Source: a virus. Taken from it: a stretch of 64,000 nucleotides of DNA. Below are positions 1 through 8,374 of the stretch, piece after piece (position 1 is the stretch's first letter; the number at the start of each line of letters is the position of its first letter). Below the pieces are notes generated by a model. The model saw only the letters and a list, made by a program, of their open reading frames with translations, ran no database searches and was not told the origin of the DNA. The stretch spans positions 1,001 to 65,000 of IMG/VR virus record IMGVR_UViG_3300028584_000320; one strand, 5' to 3'. The translations under genes were made by a program, and so were the position numbers.

Positions 1-101
1 CATTGCTGGGCATCAACATCCCAAGTAGCGGAAGCATCTCGCCATACGTCTTGGCTTCCGCAGCTATGACAGTGCTTGGTGACTTTGGCCATAAGTCCTC
101 C

Positions 102-1301
102 CTAAGCTTTGATATGAATGACTTCACCAAACAGCACTTGGGCTGATCGGTTAGCGATGGCGACCCAGATGATTGGGGTGTCCGTGGGCAGTCTCTCCAT
201 TGGTTCGCAATAGAGATCTGAGAACACGATAGCAGCTGTAGGCTGATGCTCGATCATGTGAGCTCGGACAGGCCGCAGGTCAGTTCCGCCGCGGCCAATG
301 ACCACCAGCTCGTCGAAGGGGTCTTCTTCGAGGAAGGTCTTCTCCCAAGTGATTCTGGTGTCGAATTGAACCAAAGTCAGCTTCTTGGGATTGTAGGTGT
401 CCTTGATGTATTTCACCTCGGAATTGAACCGGATGACCTGGGCGTCGGTGACGGAGCCAGAGACATCCAGGTAGTAAACCAGGTGCTCTAGCCGACCCTG
501 ATCCTCGATCTCGCCAGGCAGATAGACGTCAGAGTATCGGCGGTCCCTGACCTGCCAAGAGAAGTCGGTTTCTGACAGGTCCTGGAAGAACCTGTGCAGG
601 GCTGTCTCCCAAGGAATGATCGGTGCCAGGAACTGCTTGAGGGTCTTTTCGACCTCTCCGGGGATGGATCCCGCCTGGTTCGACATACGGGCACTGTGGG
701 CGGCCTGGATGACGTTGTTGACGGCTTGCTGGGTCTGACCAGCTGACGGCTGTCGCATGTCTCCTTGGTGGTCACCCGGGATAGGTTTCCCGTTTGGATC
801 CAGGGTACCCTTGCCGGTGTTCCCGAAGGGATTGCTGCAGGGTGGGTGGAGCTGCTTCTGGCGGAGCTGGTCGTAGATCTCCTCGGCTGATTGCTCGCCG
901 TAGGACTGATCTTTCCAACAGTCTTCAATGCCTTTGAACGAGTAGCCCTCGTTCTCCAGCATGTTGTTGATCACGATGTCGCAGGCGTAGTTGAAGATGA
1001 GGTGGTCACGATCGCCTAAGCGGATCATGTGCAGGAATGCAACGTGCCAGAGCTCGTGCATAAGGACGGTCTTGCGAGCATCAGGAACCAGTGAGAGGAA
1101 CCAGTTGGGGTTCCAATAGAAGTTGATCCCATCTGTAGCTGCAGTAGGCAGACTCTCATCCCAGACAAAGTTCAGGTAACACATGAGAGCGCCGAGAAAG
1201 CCGGCGTTCTTATCGCGGAATACGTGGGACTTAGTGCGATCCAGCTCCCTATTGAGGAAGTCTAGATCGAGGTCAGTGACCTCAATAAGAGCTGGTTGCA
1301 T
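102..1301 (-). CDS. vWA-domain protein with N-terminal putative metallopeptidase (DUF2201-like; N4 gp25-like)
   Basis: HELWH zincin motif, vWA MIDAS-like DVSGS and GRGGTD; adjacent to AAA ATPase as in N4-like phages. Confidence 0.85.
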   Translation of the reverse strand: MQPALIEVTDLDLDFLNRELDRTKSHVFRDKNAGFLGALMCYLNFVWDESLPTAATDGINFYWNPNWFLSLVPDARKTVLMHELWHVAFLHMIRLGDRDHLIFNYACDIVINNMLENEGYSFKGIEDCWKDQSYGEQSAEEIYDQLRQKQLHPPCSNPFGNTGKGTLDPNGKPIPGDHQGDMRQPSAGQTQQAVNNVIQAAHSARMSNQAGSIPGEVEKTLKQFLAPIIPWETALHRFFQDLSETDFSWQVRDRRYSDVYLPGEIEDQGRLEHLVYYLDVSGSVTDAQVIRFNSEVKYIKDTYNPKKLTLVQFDTRITWEKTFLEEDPFDELVVIGRGGTDLRPVRAHMIEHQPTAAIVFSDLYCEPMERLPTDTPIIWVAIANRSAQVLFGEVIHIKA

Positions 1302-1303
1302 TG

Positions 1304-2368
1304 TTAATCACCGTTGAAATATCGGCTGAGTTCGCTCAAAGCCTTGGCGAACTGAGGGTGTGTTCGCATCTTGGGTTGGCGAACGATGATTGAGCGGAAG
1401 AAGAGCACCCTGAAGTCCGCAGGAAAGCGGTTCACATAGGTGCAGACGTCACCGAAGTTTTCGGGGCTCGCCTTGTCCATCAGGTGAGAAATCACAGCCC
1501 AGCGAGTGGGCGGATCGTGAGGAACGAACATGCCAGACGGATCAGCCAGGATCTGTTTGATGGTAGGCATGTTCTGGTAGACCTTGGTGAAGGTCACGAA
1601 CTCGACAGCCACGCCGCTAGTGATAGTGCCGGCGTAGAGGTTGGTCTTGTCGTTGGTGACTTCCTTGCCCTTGACCAGACGGTTCATGAACTCCCAGGTC
1701 CGGGGACAGCAGAAGGTCTTCTCGTTGTGGGCCGGCTTGAAGTCCATCAGGTAGTTGGACTGGTAGTTGAGGAAGGCAACGATCCGCGGATCGTAATTCT
1801 GCTTGAGAGCCACATCCTCGAGCCATTCCTTGTGACTCAGGACCATCTCGATATGAACCACTCGGGACTGCATGGCAGTTGAGAGCGGGTTGGTGATGGC
1901 TCGGTCAGTGGCCAGGTTGCCGGCGCAGACTATGGCGGTGCAAGGGTGCAGCTTTCGCAGGCCTACCATGCGATCGAGGATCAGCTTGTAGGCTGCAGCC
2001 TGGGTCGACTTGGACGCAGCATTGAACTCGTCCAGGAACAGGAGCCAGCCATCCTTGTTGGCCGGCCGCGGACTGTCCTCGAGAGGGTAGACGTCAAACG
2101 GGGTGAAGGTGGCTGTCCTGGTTCCATTCTTGTTGGTGATGAAGTCAGGGATGCCGGCGAGGTCGACAGGCGACCTGGTGGACAGGCGCTCGTCGATGAC
2201 CTCCAGATTGAAGGTCTTGCCGATGTCATTGACGATGCTGGACTTGCCCATGCCAGGCGAGCTTTGGATGTAGGGAACCAGGCCCGCCTCGATGCAGTCC
2301 TGGATGGCTGCACGAGCCTGACGAGGCGTGCATTTGTAGAGGCTCTGGGCCGTGTTGGTGTCAGTCAT
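1304..2368 (-). CDS. AAA+ ATPase (MoxR-like; N4 gp24-like)
   Basis: Walker A SSPGMGKS, Walker B LLFLDE, AGN sensor, SR arginine finger. Confidence 0.9.
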   Translation of the reverse strand: MTDTNTAQSLYKCTPRQARAAIQDCIEAGLVPYIQSSPGMGKSSIVNDIGKTFNLEVIDERLSTRSPVDLAGIPDFITNKNGTRTATFTPFDVYPLEDSPRPANKDGWLLFLDEFNAASKSTQAAAYKLILDRMVGLRKLHPCTAIVCAGNLATDRAITNPLSTAMQSRVVHIEMVLSHKEWLEDVALKQNYDPRIVAFLNYQSNYLMDFKPAHNEKTFCCPRTWEFMNRLVKGKEVTNDKTNLYAGTITSGVAVEFVTFTKVYQNMPTIKQILADPSGMFVPHDPPTRWAVISHLMDKASPENFGDVCTYVNRFPADFRVLFFRSIIVRQPKMRTHPQFAKALSELSRYFNGD

Positions 2369-2380
2369 GAGACCCTCGAA

Positions 2381-2596
2381 TTAGGATTGTTGGGTGACGG
2401 GCGGGAGCATCTGCTCGATCTTGCCCATCTCGATGATGTCGGCAGTCAGGCCGATCGTGGCGGCTCGGACTTCCATCCTGGAATCATCAGGACCCACAAA
2501 AGTCCTGTGGCCCTGAATACAGTCTCTAAGGTGCCTCTCGATCACATCACGAGGCCCGACGTACTCGAGCACGCGAAGAACGCGGATAGTGTCCAT
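2381..2596 (-). CDS. hypothetical protein
   Basis: 71-aa ORF in the operon direction with AGGTAGAG upstream. Confidence 0.65.
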   Translation of the reverse strand: MDTIRVLRVLEYVGPRDVIERHLRDCIQGHRTFVGPDDSRMEVRAATIGLTADIIEMGKIEQMLPPVTQQS

Positions 2597-2680
2597 GGGT
2601 CTCTACCTGTCTGAGGGAGACGAACGTCTATTCCTTTGGCTCATGACCAGAGGATCTAGACGTGTTTCTCCGAGTGGTTG

Positions 2681-2875
2681 TTAGGCCACTTTGGTCTGTC
2701 GAACGACCTTGCCGCCTTTACGACCAGCCTTGATGGCCAGTTCGCGATTAGAGGCAAAGCTGCGGTTTTGTGGCTGTACCGAGGATCCACCCTTGCGGGT
2801 GAGCTCAGCGAAACGTTCAGGATTGTGCTCCTTCATGTGAGCGAACCCACGGAGCTTTTTGGTGTCAGTCGTCAT
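2681..2875 (-). CDS. KGG-repeat stress-induced protein (YciG/GsiB-like)
   Basis: RGFAHM...RKGG...RSFASNRELAIKAGRKGG pattern. Confidence 0.8.
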   Translation of the reverse strand: MTTDTKKLRGFAHMKEHNPERFAELTRKGGSSVQPQNRSFASNRELAIKAGRKGGKVVRQTKVA

Positions 2876-2921
2876 GCGGTACCAGGGTCCTTTGAGTCAA
2901 TAGCTTGGCTATAACCAACCG

Positions 2922-2957
2922 AAAAAACAAAAACGCCCCTCTGTTAGGAGGAGCGTT
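2922..2957 (-). terminator. rho-independent terminator
   Basis: AACGCTCCTCCT-AAC-AGAGGGGCGTT imperfect stem followed by TTTGTTTTTTC on the minus strand. Confidence 0.75.
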
Positions 2958-2988
2958 CTGTTAGATCGGTTGGTTTTGGGATCAGTAG

Positions 2989-3024
2989 GACCCCCACAAA
3001 CTGAGTAGGGGTGTGGGGGTCTAG
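2989..3024 (-). repeat. hairpin repeat after SGNH gene 2 (copy A; 28/36 nt identical to 6330-6365)
   Basis: CTAGACCCCCACACCCCTACTCAGTTTGTGGGGGTC; 10-bp stem GACCCCCACA/TGTGGGGGTC. Confidence 0.8.
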
Positions 3025-4310
3025 GCGGCGTAAGCGGCCAGAGTTTGCAGCGCGGGAAGGACTGCACCCGTCACCCCGACATCGACGGCAGCATCCGTCG
3101 CGTGAATGCCTTCAGTCGTATAGGTTCCGCTTGCGAACAGAGACGGCGTGGAGACGCTTTGGAGCACGCCTCCAAAGTTGATCGAGATGATGTTCGGGCC
3201 TGACAGCGCCATGAACTCAGCGTTGAGTGCTTGGCGGATTGTGTCGTCCGTATATCCCGGAAGCGTGTTGCCCGCATTGGTTCGCGGAATGGCGCTCACG
3301 GGCATGAAGATCACGCCCCGCTGGGCGCACAAATCCATCACGCGATACGCCCGGTTCTTCGCGGCCAAGGCGACGCTTGCCGTCATGTCCCCGTCGTTTG
3401 GAGAGCTGATATTGTAAGCCAGTGCCGTGGGGGAGTTGACGAACTGACCTGCGGCGTCCTTCAGCAGCAGGTAGTCAAGGGCGCGCTGGAAATAGGTAAG
3501 CGTCGTTTCGCCTGCGCGCGAGTGGTTCGACACCACAAGCGGAACAGATGGCGTCGAGACCTGGTATGCCGCCCGATGGAACTGCGAGAAGGTTTCCGCC
3601 GTTAGGGCCGAGCCTTCGGCGATAGAGTCCCCGAAAACGGCCATGCTGACTTGCGGAACCGCTGCCCTGTATTCGACAGCGATGATGGGAGACGTTGCGA
3701 AAAATGCCGTCACAGACCATCCAGCCGCAGAGGTTGCTAAACCATTGCTGCCTCTAGATGAAGCATCGAACCGTCCAGCGAGGGCCGCATTTCCCGATGC
3801 CCAGTATCCAGAAGATGTGCCCATAAAGTTTGCGCTGAACGCCAGCGCGCTTGTGCTGGGGTCAACCCGCGCGATCAGTAGGGGTAGCGTCCCGCCATCC
3901 GTTCGCGCGATGCTCGAAAGCGGCATCCAGTCAGACCAGCGAAGGGTTGGGCGACTGGCAGCGGCAGCGGCCGGGATGGTGACTGATGTTGCGCCATCCC
4001 ACGTCACCGCTACCATGACGCCGGTCGAGGGGTTGATATCCGCCGATGCGCCCGTCACGCCAACGCCGCCCGCAGAGATCAAGGCGGCGTTGGCGGGGTC
4101 AGCATTTCCAACCAGCACGCGCACGGCTGAAAACGGCGCTTCGGCCGTCATCACCCTCTGGTACGTGCGGTTGTTGAAGTTCCCCACCGGCGTGAGAACA
4201 GCGCAGCGGCCATCGGAGGCTTGAGGTGCGCTCGTGCGCTTCGGGATGCCGACATTCAATTGCTCGCGCATATAGACGCGGTCTGCCGCGATGGCGGTGT
4301 TCAGAGTCAT
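3021..4310 (-). CDS. SGNH/GDSL hydrolase-domain protein (module 2)
   Basis: Block I VFGDSIAEG, N in SSPND, terminal EGIHAT; beta-rich N-terminal half. Confidence 0.8.
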   Translation of the reverse strand: MTLNTAIAADRVYMREQLNVGIPKRTSAPQASDGRCAVLTPVGNFNNRTYQRVMTAEAPFSAVRVLVGNADPANAALISAGGVGVTGASADINPSTGVMVAVTWDGATSVTIPAAAAASRPTLRWSDWMPLSSIARTDGGTLPLLIARVDPSTSALAFSANFMGTSSGYWASGNAALAGRFDASSRGSNGLATSAAGWSVTAFFATSPIIAVEYRAAVPQVSMAVFGDSIAEGSALTAETFSQFHRAAYQVSTPSVPLVVSNHSRAGETTLTYFQRALDYLLLKDAAGQFVNSPTALAYNISSPNDGDMTASVALAAKNRAYRVMDLCAQRGVIFMPVSAIPRTNAGNTLPGYTDDTIRQALNAEFMALSGPNIISINFGGVLQSVSTPSLFASGTYTTEGIHATDAAVDVGVTGAVLPALQTLAAYAA

Positions 4311-4624
4311 TGCGGCCTCGCGGGGCTGATGGCGCGCTGGGTGCTAAAAACCCAAGGCTGGCCGTTGGTGGTCCAGATGTTGCCCCCCCCACCCGTACTT
4401 AGGGCGATGGTGAACCTGTGCATGTCCTGGTGGCCAAGACGGTACAGAGCATCCTGGACCTCATGGTAAAGCACGTGGTTCAGAGAGTTGCGGTCGAAGG
4501 CGTCCGTACCAGGTCCATCATGATAGAATGAACTGATGTTTGTGTGGCCTTCAGGAAGCACATCACCGTGCTCCTGAATGACTATGCTTCTATCTGAAGG
4601 CCTAAAGGCCATTTGATAATACAC
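4307..4624 (-). CDS. small conserved protein, paralog of 7804-8184
   Basis: Aligns with 7804-8184 over about 80 aa (YQ.A.R.SDR..V.QE.G...P......S.FYHDG.G.D......L.HVL.HEVQ..LY.LG.Q.M...TI...TGGG); ATGA overlap with SGNH gene. Confidence 0.85.
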   Translation of the reverse strand: MYYQMAFRPSDRSIVIQEHGDVLPEGHTNISSFYHDGPGTDAFDRNSLNHVLYHEVQDALYRLGHQDMHRFTIALSTGGGGNIWTTNGQPWVFSTQRAISPARPQ

Positions 4625-4634
4625 AGTTTGATCC

Positions 4635-6248
4635 TTAGCCTCGGTAAAGCGGTCCGCGAATGGTGATAATGCTTCTCTTGGAATTTGGATAGGTACAAAT
4701 CAAAGAGTGAGACCAGCTCGAAGGGCTGTCTGCATTGTATCCTTGGTTCATAAGACCGCAGAGACCAGCAGAGAATACACCGTCCAGGATGCCAGCTGTG
4801 TGGTCGTGGGCTTTGTTCATTTTCATGGCGACTTTGGTCAGAGCCATGGAAGATCCCCTGGCTCCGTTGGGACCTTTGTCGCCGTGGTAGATGTTCTCGA
4901 TCGGGCTGGTGTCCCGGCAGATCAGGAACGAGGCTTCCCGGGGCGGGAAGGCGATGTCTTTCAGGCCGGCAGCATCATGTTGCGCCAAAGCCCATTGAAC
5001 GACATCGAAGCCTGAGTTGCCTTCTTCGACAGCTCCGTAGAGAGCGTCGTTAGCCTGGAACCAAAGACGAGCATTTACCTCATCTAGGCGAGGATCAGCT
5101 TCTCTGAGCCAGCGAGGAAACGCATCGTTGTGGTTTGAAGGGATGACTGCTGTCTCACAGAAGTCTCTTGATATGGCTCTCAGGAACCTTGAGCCCTTGA
5201 TGAAGGCCTTCTGTATGGATCCTCCAGTCGACATAAGCGTCTGAAAGCGGAAAAGATGGTCGCCTCTGCGATGGTGATTGCGGTCCGCAAAGTCGATCAA
5301 GTCGTGGATGAATTGGTATTTGGGCTGCAGATGGTCGATGAGACCATCAGTAACCTTCTCCATGCTGTCAGCGTCGACGCCCCAGATGACCTTGGTGACG
5401 ACTGGATCCACTTTCTCGATGTGAACGTCGCCAGGGGTGATGGCCTCGACACGATGGCCTCTGGTGACGACGCCGGCGTTAGTCTGGGCGTCTAGATCCT
5501 GGAACGATCCATCTTCAGTGCCGCTGATCTGCCTGCAGAACACCACGCCATCGGGTGTGACCTCGACGATCGTGGCTCCGAAGACATGATGGAACTCGGC
5601 TTTGAGTCCGGCTTTCTTGGCCACGTAGTTGGGCACCGTACAGGCGCCTGTGGTCATCAGCATGGCTGGGTGACGAGTGAAGTGGTTTGGTACTGAGACC
5701 AGTTGGACCTTGGCGTGGGGGAACACGCCCCAGGCTCCTTGGGTGTAGGTGTCCAGGCCGGAGAGAGGCCTCACCGCGGTCGGCAAAGTGTTCATCTCAG
5801 CGCAGAACACGATGTCAGGACCCAGCTGGACTCGATCGTGGCGCATGAAGGGCTGGACTTCGCTAGCGAAGACAGCGGACCTGGCTGCGTGGTCCTCGAA
5901 CAGGCCCTTTTGGTAGGTGAAGCCTCCGACGATGACCTGGGCACCAATGTCGTGGGCGTAGGCTTGGAGGTTGTGCCAGAAGGGCAGGAACACGCTGGTA
6001 TTGTCTTGGGCTGAAGTCAGGATGAACCTGGCTGTCTTGCCGGCGACTGAGGTGTTCTTTCTATTGGTTCCGCGGATAGCAGCGTCTCGTCTGGCTCGAG
6101 CTCCTGCAATGGCATGATCTACTGCTGAGTTGTGTACGCCAAGATGTTTGGCGGCTTTTCTATGGGAACCGTGTTCCCTTACAGCTTGTAGGTAGACTCT
6201 CTGACGATCTGTGGCGTATTCGATAAGCACTTCATTAAGGTCAGGCAT
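4635..6248 (-). CDS. calcineurin-like metallophosphoesterase with N-terminal HTH
   Basis: Motifs GDVH, HDLID, SNHN, YHGD, AHDH; N-terminal GSHRKAAKHLGVHNSAV helix-turn-helix. Confidence 0.75.
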   Translation of the reverse strand: MPDLNEVLIEYATDRQRVYLQAVREHGSHRKAAKHLGVHNSAVDHAIAGARARRDAAIRGTNRKNTSVAGKTARFILTSAQDNTSVFLPFWHNLQAYAHDIGAQVIVGGFTYQKGLFEDHAARSAVFASEVQPFMRHDRVQLGPDIVFCAEMNTLPTAVRPLSGLDTYTQGAWGVFPHAKVQLVSVPNHFTRHPAMLMTTGACTVPNYVAKKAGLKAEFHHVFGATIVEVTPDGVVFCRQISGTEDGSFQDLDAQTNAGVVTRGHRVEAITPGDVHIEKVDPVVTKVIWGVDADSMEKVTDGLIDHLQPKYQFIHDLIDFADRNHHRRGDHLFRFQTLMSTGGSIQKAFIKGSRFLRAISRDFCETAVIPSNHNDAFPRWLREADPRLDEVNARLWFQANDALYGAVEEGNSGFDVVQWALAQHDAAGLKDIAFPPREASFLICRDTSPIENIYHGDKGPNGARGSSMALTKVAMKMNKAHDHTAGILDGVFSAGLCGLMNQGYNADSPSSWSHSLICTYPNSKRSIITIRGPLYRG

Positions 6249-6329
6249 TATTTAACCTTCGGCCTTACTTAAACTTGTCGCAGATTCGTACTGGTATTTG
6301 GTTCTGTGTGGGTGAGGGGATGCCGGATG

Positions 6330-6365
6330 CACCCCCACAAAATATACTGGGGTGAGGGGGTCTAG
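6330..6365 (-). repeat. hairpin repeat after SGNH gene 1 (copy B)
   Basis: CTAGACCCCCTCACCCCAGTATATTTTGTGGGGGTG, same position relative to the TAG stop as copy A. Confidence 0.8.
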
Positions 6366-7804
6366 GCGACCATGTCGAGAAGCGTATCGGCAACCCTTGA
6401 GGCGGCCATTTTTGCCCATTGGTCTTGGCCGAACTGGTGCATGTGATTGCCGTCGCCAACGGCCAGCCAATTAGTCCCGGTCGGCAACCAATTCTCCGAG
6501 ACGTTCTCGATATACCTCGTTCGATCCTGCCCGTCTGCGGCGAGGAAACCTGCCTGAATGCTCTGCGAGAGGGTAATGACCCCGGCGCTGCTACCCACGA
6601 CAGGGCCGATGCCCACAATGTATGCGCTGGGCCTCGCGGCTCGGATCGCATTCAGGGTGTCGGCCACCTTGTTCGTCAAGGTGGTGCCAGAGGTGTCGTT
6701 CTGCGAGCCTATAAACAGATAAATATCTGCTTCCGCATCAATGAAATCTTGCACCCGGTTTGGGTGACTCCAGGCAGCAGCGTTACTAACTGTAACATTC
6801 CACCCCGTGGAGCCTTGCGCAGTAATGAGCGCTTGATCACACAGGCCGAGCATTTGCGCGATCCGCAGGCCGATATGTCCGCCTGCATAGCCGAGATAAG
6901 TTCCAGCCTGTATGCTGTCGCCTATGACGCATATTTTCGGCATATCAACCGGGATTGGATCTTCATAGATTTTGTATCCGGTAGGTAGGACTAGACCCCT
7001 AAGCTCAAGACCTCCATGCCATACGAGTTCAACGCGCCGCATATTGCGCGTTGTTCCGTAGTTCTCATACGCTGGGAACGTCAGCTGAAGGCCAGTTCCC
7101 GACCCGGTTGTTGCTGTCTGTAATTGAGTGAGGCCGAGCGGGTTTGAGTTCATTGCGCCGCGATCTAGGGGCGTTACCGCCGTGACCACGCCTCCGGTGA
7201 CCGCTCGCACCCTGACCGTCAGCCCAGTACCGGTCACGCCAGACGGTATGAGCGTGACTATGTCCCCGATTGCGTGGGAGGAGCCACCAGATACCACGGT
7301 CGGAGCTTCGCTAGCGTAGCCAAAAGCATCAGTATTGCTTCCAAAATTGAATTGGAGATATCGAAAATTATTAAAGGCGATGGGAGCGTATTTATAATCG
7401 TCATACGCCAACTCACCATCGACCATCAGACCCATGCGTGAGGACTGACCCTCATAGACGCACGCCTCAAATGCTGGAGCGTCCGTAAGGAAGCGAACGC
7501 GAAACGGGCAGTTCCCGCCAGTCTTCGTCCCGTCAATGCCTGTGATATGCTTTCCCTCGCCGCCTTGACTGTCTGCGGTTAGCGGCGCTCCTGCAACATT
7601 GATCAGCGGGCTATTCCAGAGGTAGGTAACGGCCCCTCCGCTTTTTGTTCCGTCGACAACGCTGGTAGCCCCAGCACTGACTGAGCAAGTGGGTGGAGAG
7701 GCCATCGTCGCCGCAGGTAGCTGCAAGCCATCAAAGGATTGCGCCCAACGACGGACCTTGTCGGCGTTGTAGTTTGAGGCGGTAATCAGACGAGGAGCGA
7801 GCAT
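6362..7804 (-). CDS. SGNH/GDSL hydrolase-domain protein (module 1)
   Basis: VIGDSIQAG, QGSTG, GSQND, DGNHMH blocks; Gly/Thr-rich beta-rich central region. Confidence 0.85.
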   Translation of the reverse strand: MLAPRLITASNYNADKVRRWAQSFDGLQLPAATMASPPTCSVSAGATSVVDGTKSGGAVTYLWNSPLINVAGAPLTADSQGGEGKHITGIDGTKTGGNCPFRVRFLTDAPAFEACVYEGQSSRMGLMVDGELAYDDYKYAPIAFNNFRYLQFNFGSNTDAFGYASEAPTVVSGGSSHAIGDIVTLIPSGVTGTGLTVRVRAVTGGVVTAVTPLDRGAMNSNPLGLTQLQTATTGSGTGLQLTFPAYENYGTTRNMRRVELVWHGGLELRGLVLPTGYKIYEDPIPVDMPKICVIGDSIQAGTYLGYAGGHIGLRIAQMLGLCDQALITAQGSTGWNVTVSNAAAWSHPNRVQDFIDAEADIYLFIGSQNDTSGTTLTNKVADTLNAIRAARPSAYIVGIGPVVGSSAGVITLSQSIQAGFLAADGQDRTRYIENVSENWLPTGTNWLAVGDGNHMHQFGQDQWAKMAASRVADTLLDMVA

Positions 7805-8184
7805 TATGCGGCCTCCATCAGATATGCGCCGTCGTCGTCCGTCAGGATCGCGCCGTCGCTGTCAGTGAGAAAGATGAAGCCAGCAGGCACCCCCCCACCC
7901 GTGTCTCGGGTGATGGTGACGGCTTGCATATTCTGTTCTCCAAGCTTGTAGAGAACCTCTTGCACTTCGTGGAACAGCACATGACTAAGTGCGTAACTGC
8001 TGATCATGTCAGCACCACCGCCGTCATGATAGAAGTCGCTGATTTTGGTGTAGGTCTCGGGAATACTCTCACCGTATTCCTGGACGACTACGTTCCTGTC
8101 TGAAGCCCGGTAGGCTAGCTGATAGCGCATACTATCCGTTCTTCTTAAAAGAAAGAGAGCCAGTATCTGCTGGATAGCAGACAC
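7804..8184 (-). CDS. small conserved protein, paralog of 4307-4624, acidic C-terminal tail
   Basis: GTG start with GAGGGAG SD (alternative ATG at 8130); TAATG overlap with SGNH gene; tail LTDSDGAILTDDDGAYL. Confidence 0.85.
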   Translation of the reverse strand: MSAIQQILALFLLRRTDSMRYQLAYRASDRNVVVQEYGESIPETYTKISDFYHDGGGADMISSYALSHVLFHEVQEVLYKLGEQNMQAVTITRDTGGGVPAGFIFLTDSDGAILTDDDGAYLMEAA

Positions 8185-8233
8185 TGACTCCCTCTTAAAC
8201 GAAGAACTTTGTTAGTTACAAGTTTGTGGGAGT

Positions 8234-8374
8234 CTAAGACAATGCGTAGTTAGCCTGAGCAATGTCTTGATAGAGGCTTGGGTCCACTTTGCCGACACCA
8301 ACAGGACGTTGAACAATCTGCGAGACCAGGTAACTAAGCATGTCGCTTTTGGCGATCAGCTGGAGCTGCAGATT
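8234..8374 (-). pseudogene. displaced remnant of the RNAP2 3' end (46 codons + TAG)
   Basis: Translates NLQLQLIAKSDMLSYLVSQIVQRPVGVGKVDPSLYQDIAQANYALS*, 28/46 identical to the last 46 aa of RNAP2. Confidence 0.9.

Noticed and set aside
102-2368. MoxR AAA + vWA-metallopeptidase pair as a new system
   Set aside because: Conserved N4-like core pair; function is unclear but it is not specific to this genome.
3024-3040. GCGTAAGCGGC resembling the vRNAP promoter hairpin
   Set aside because: The left arm is GGCGGC rather than GCCGC, so it does not pair; it is explained by Ala-Ala-Tyr-Ala-Ala codons.
6252-6651. ORFs 6252-6470 and 6265-6651
   Set aside because: Alternative-frame overlaps of the SGNH 3' end and intergenic hairpins; low-complexity, non-protein-like sequence.
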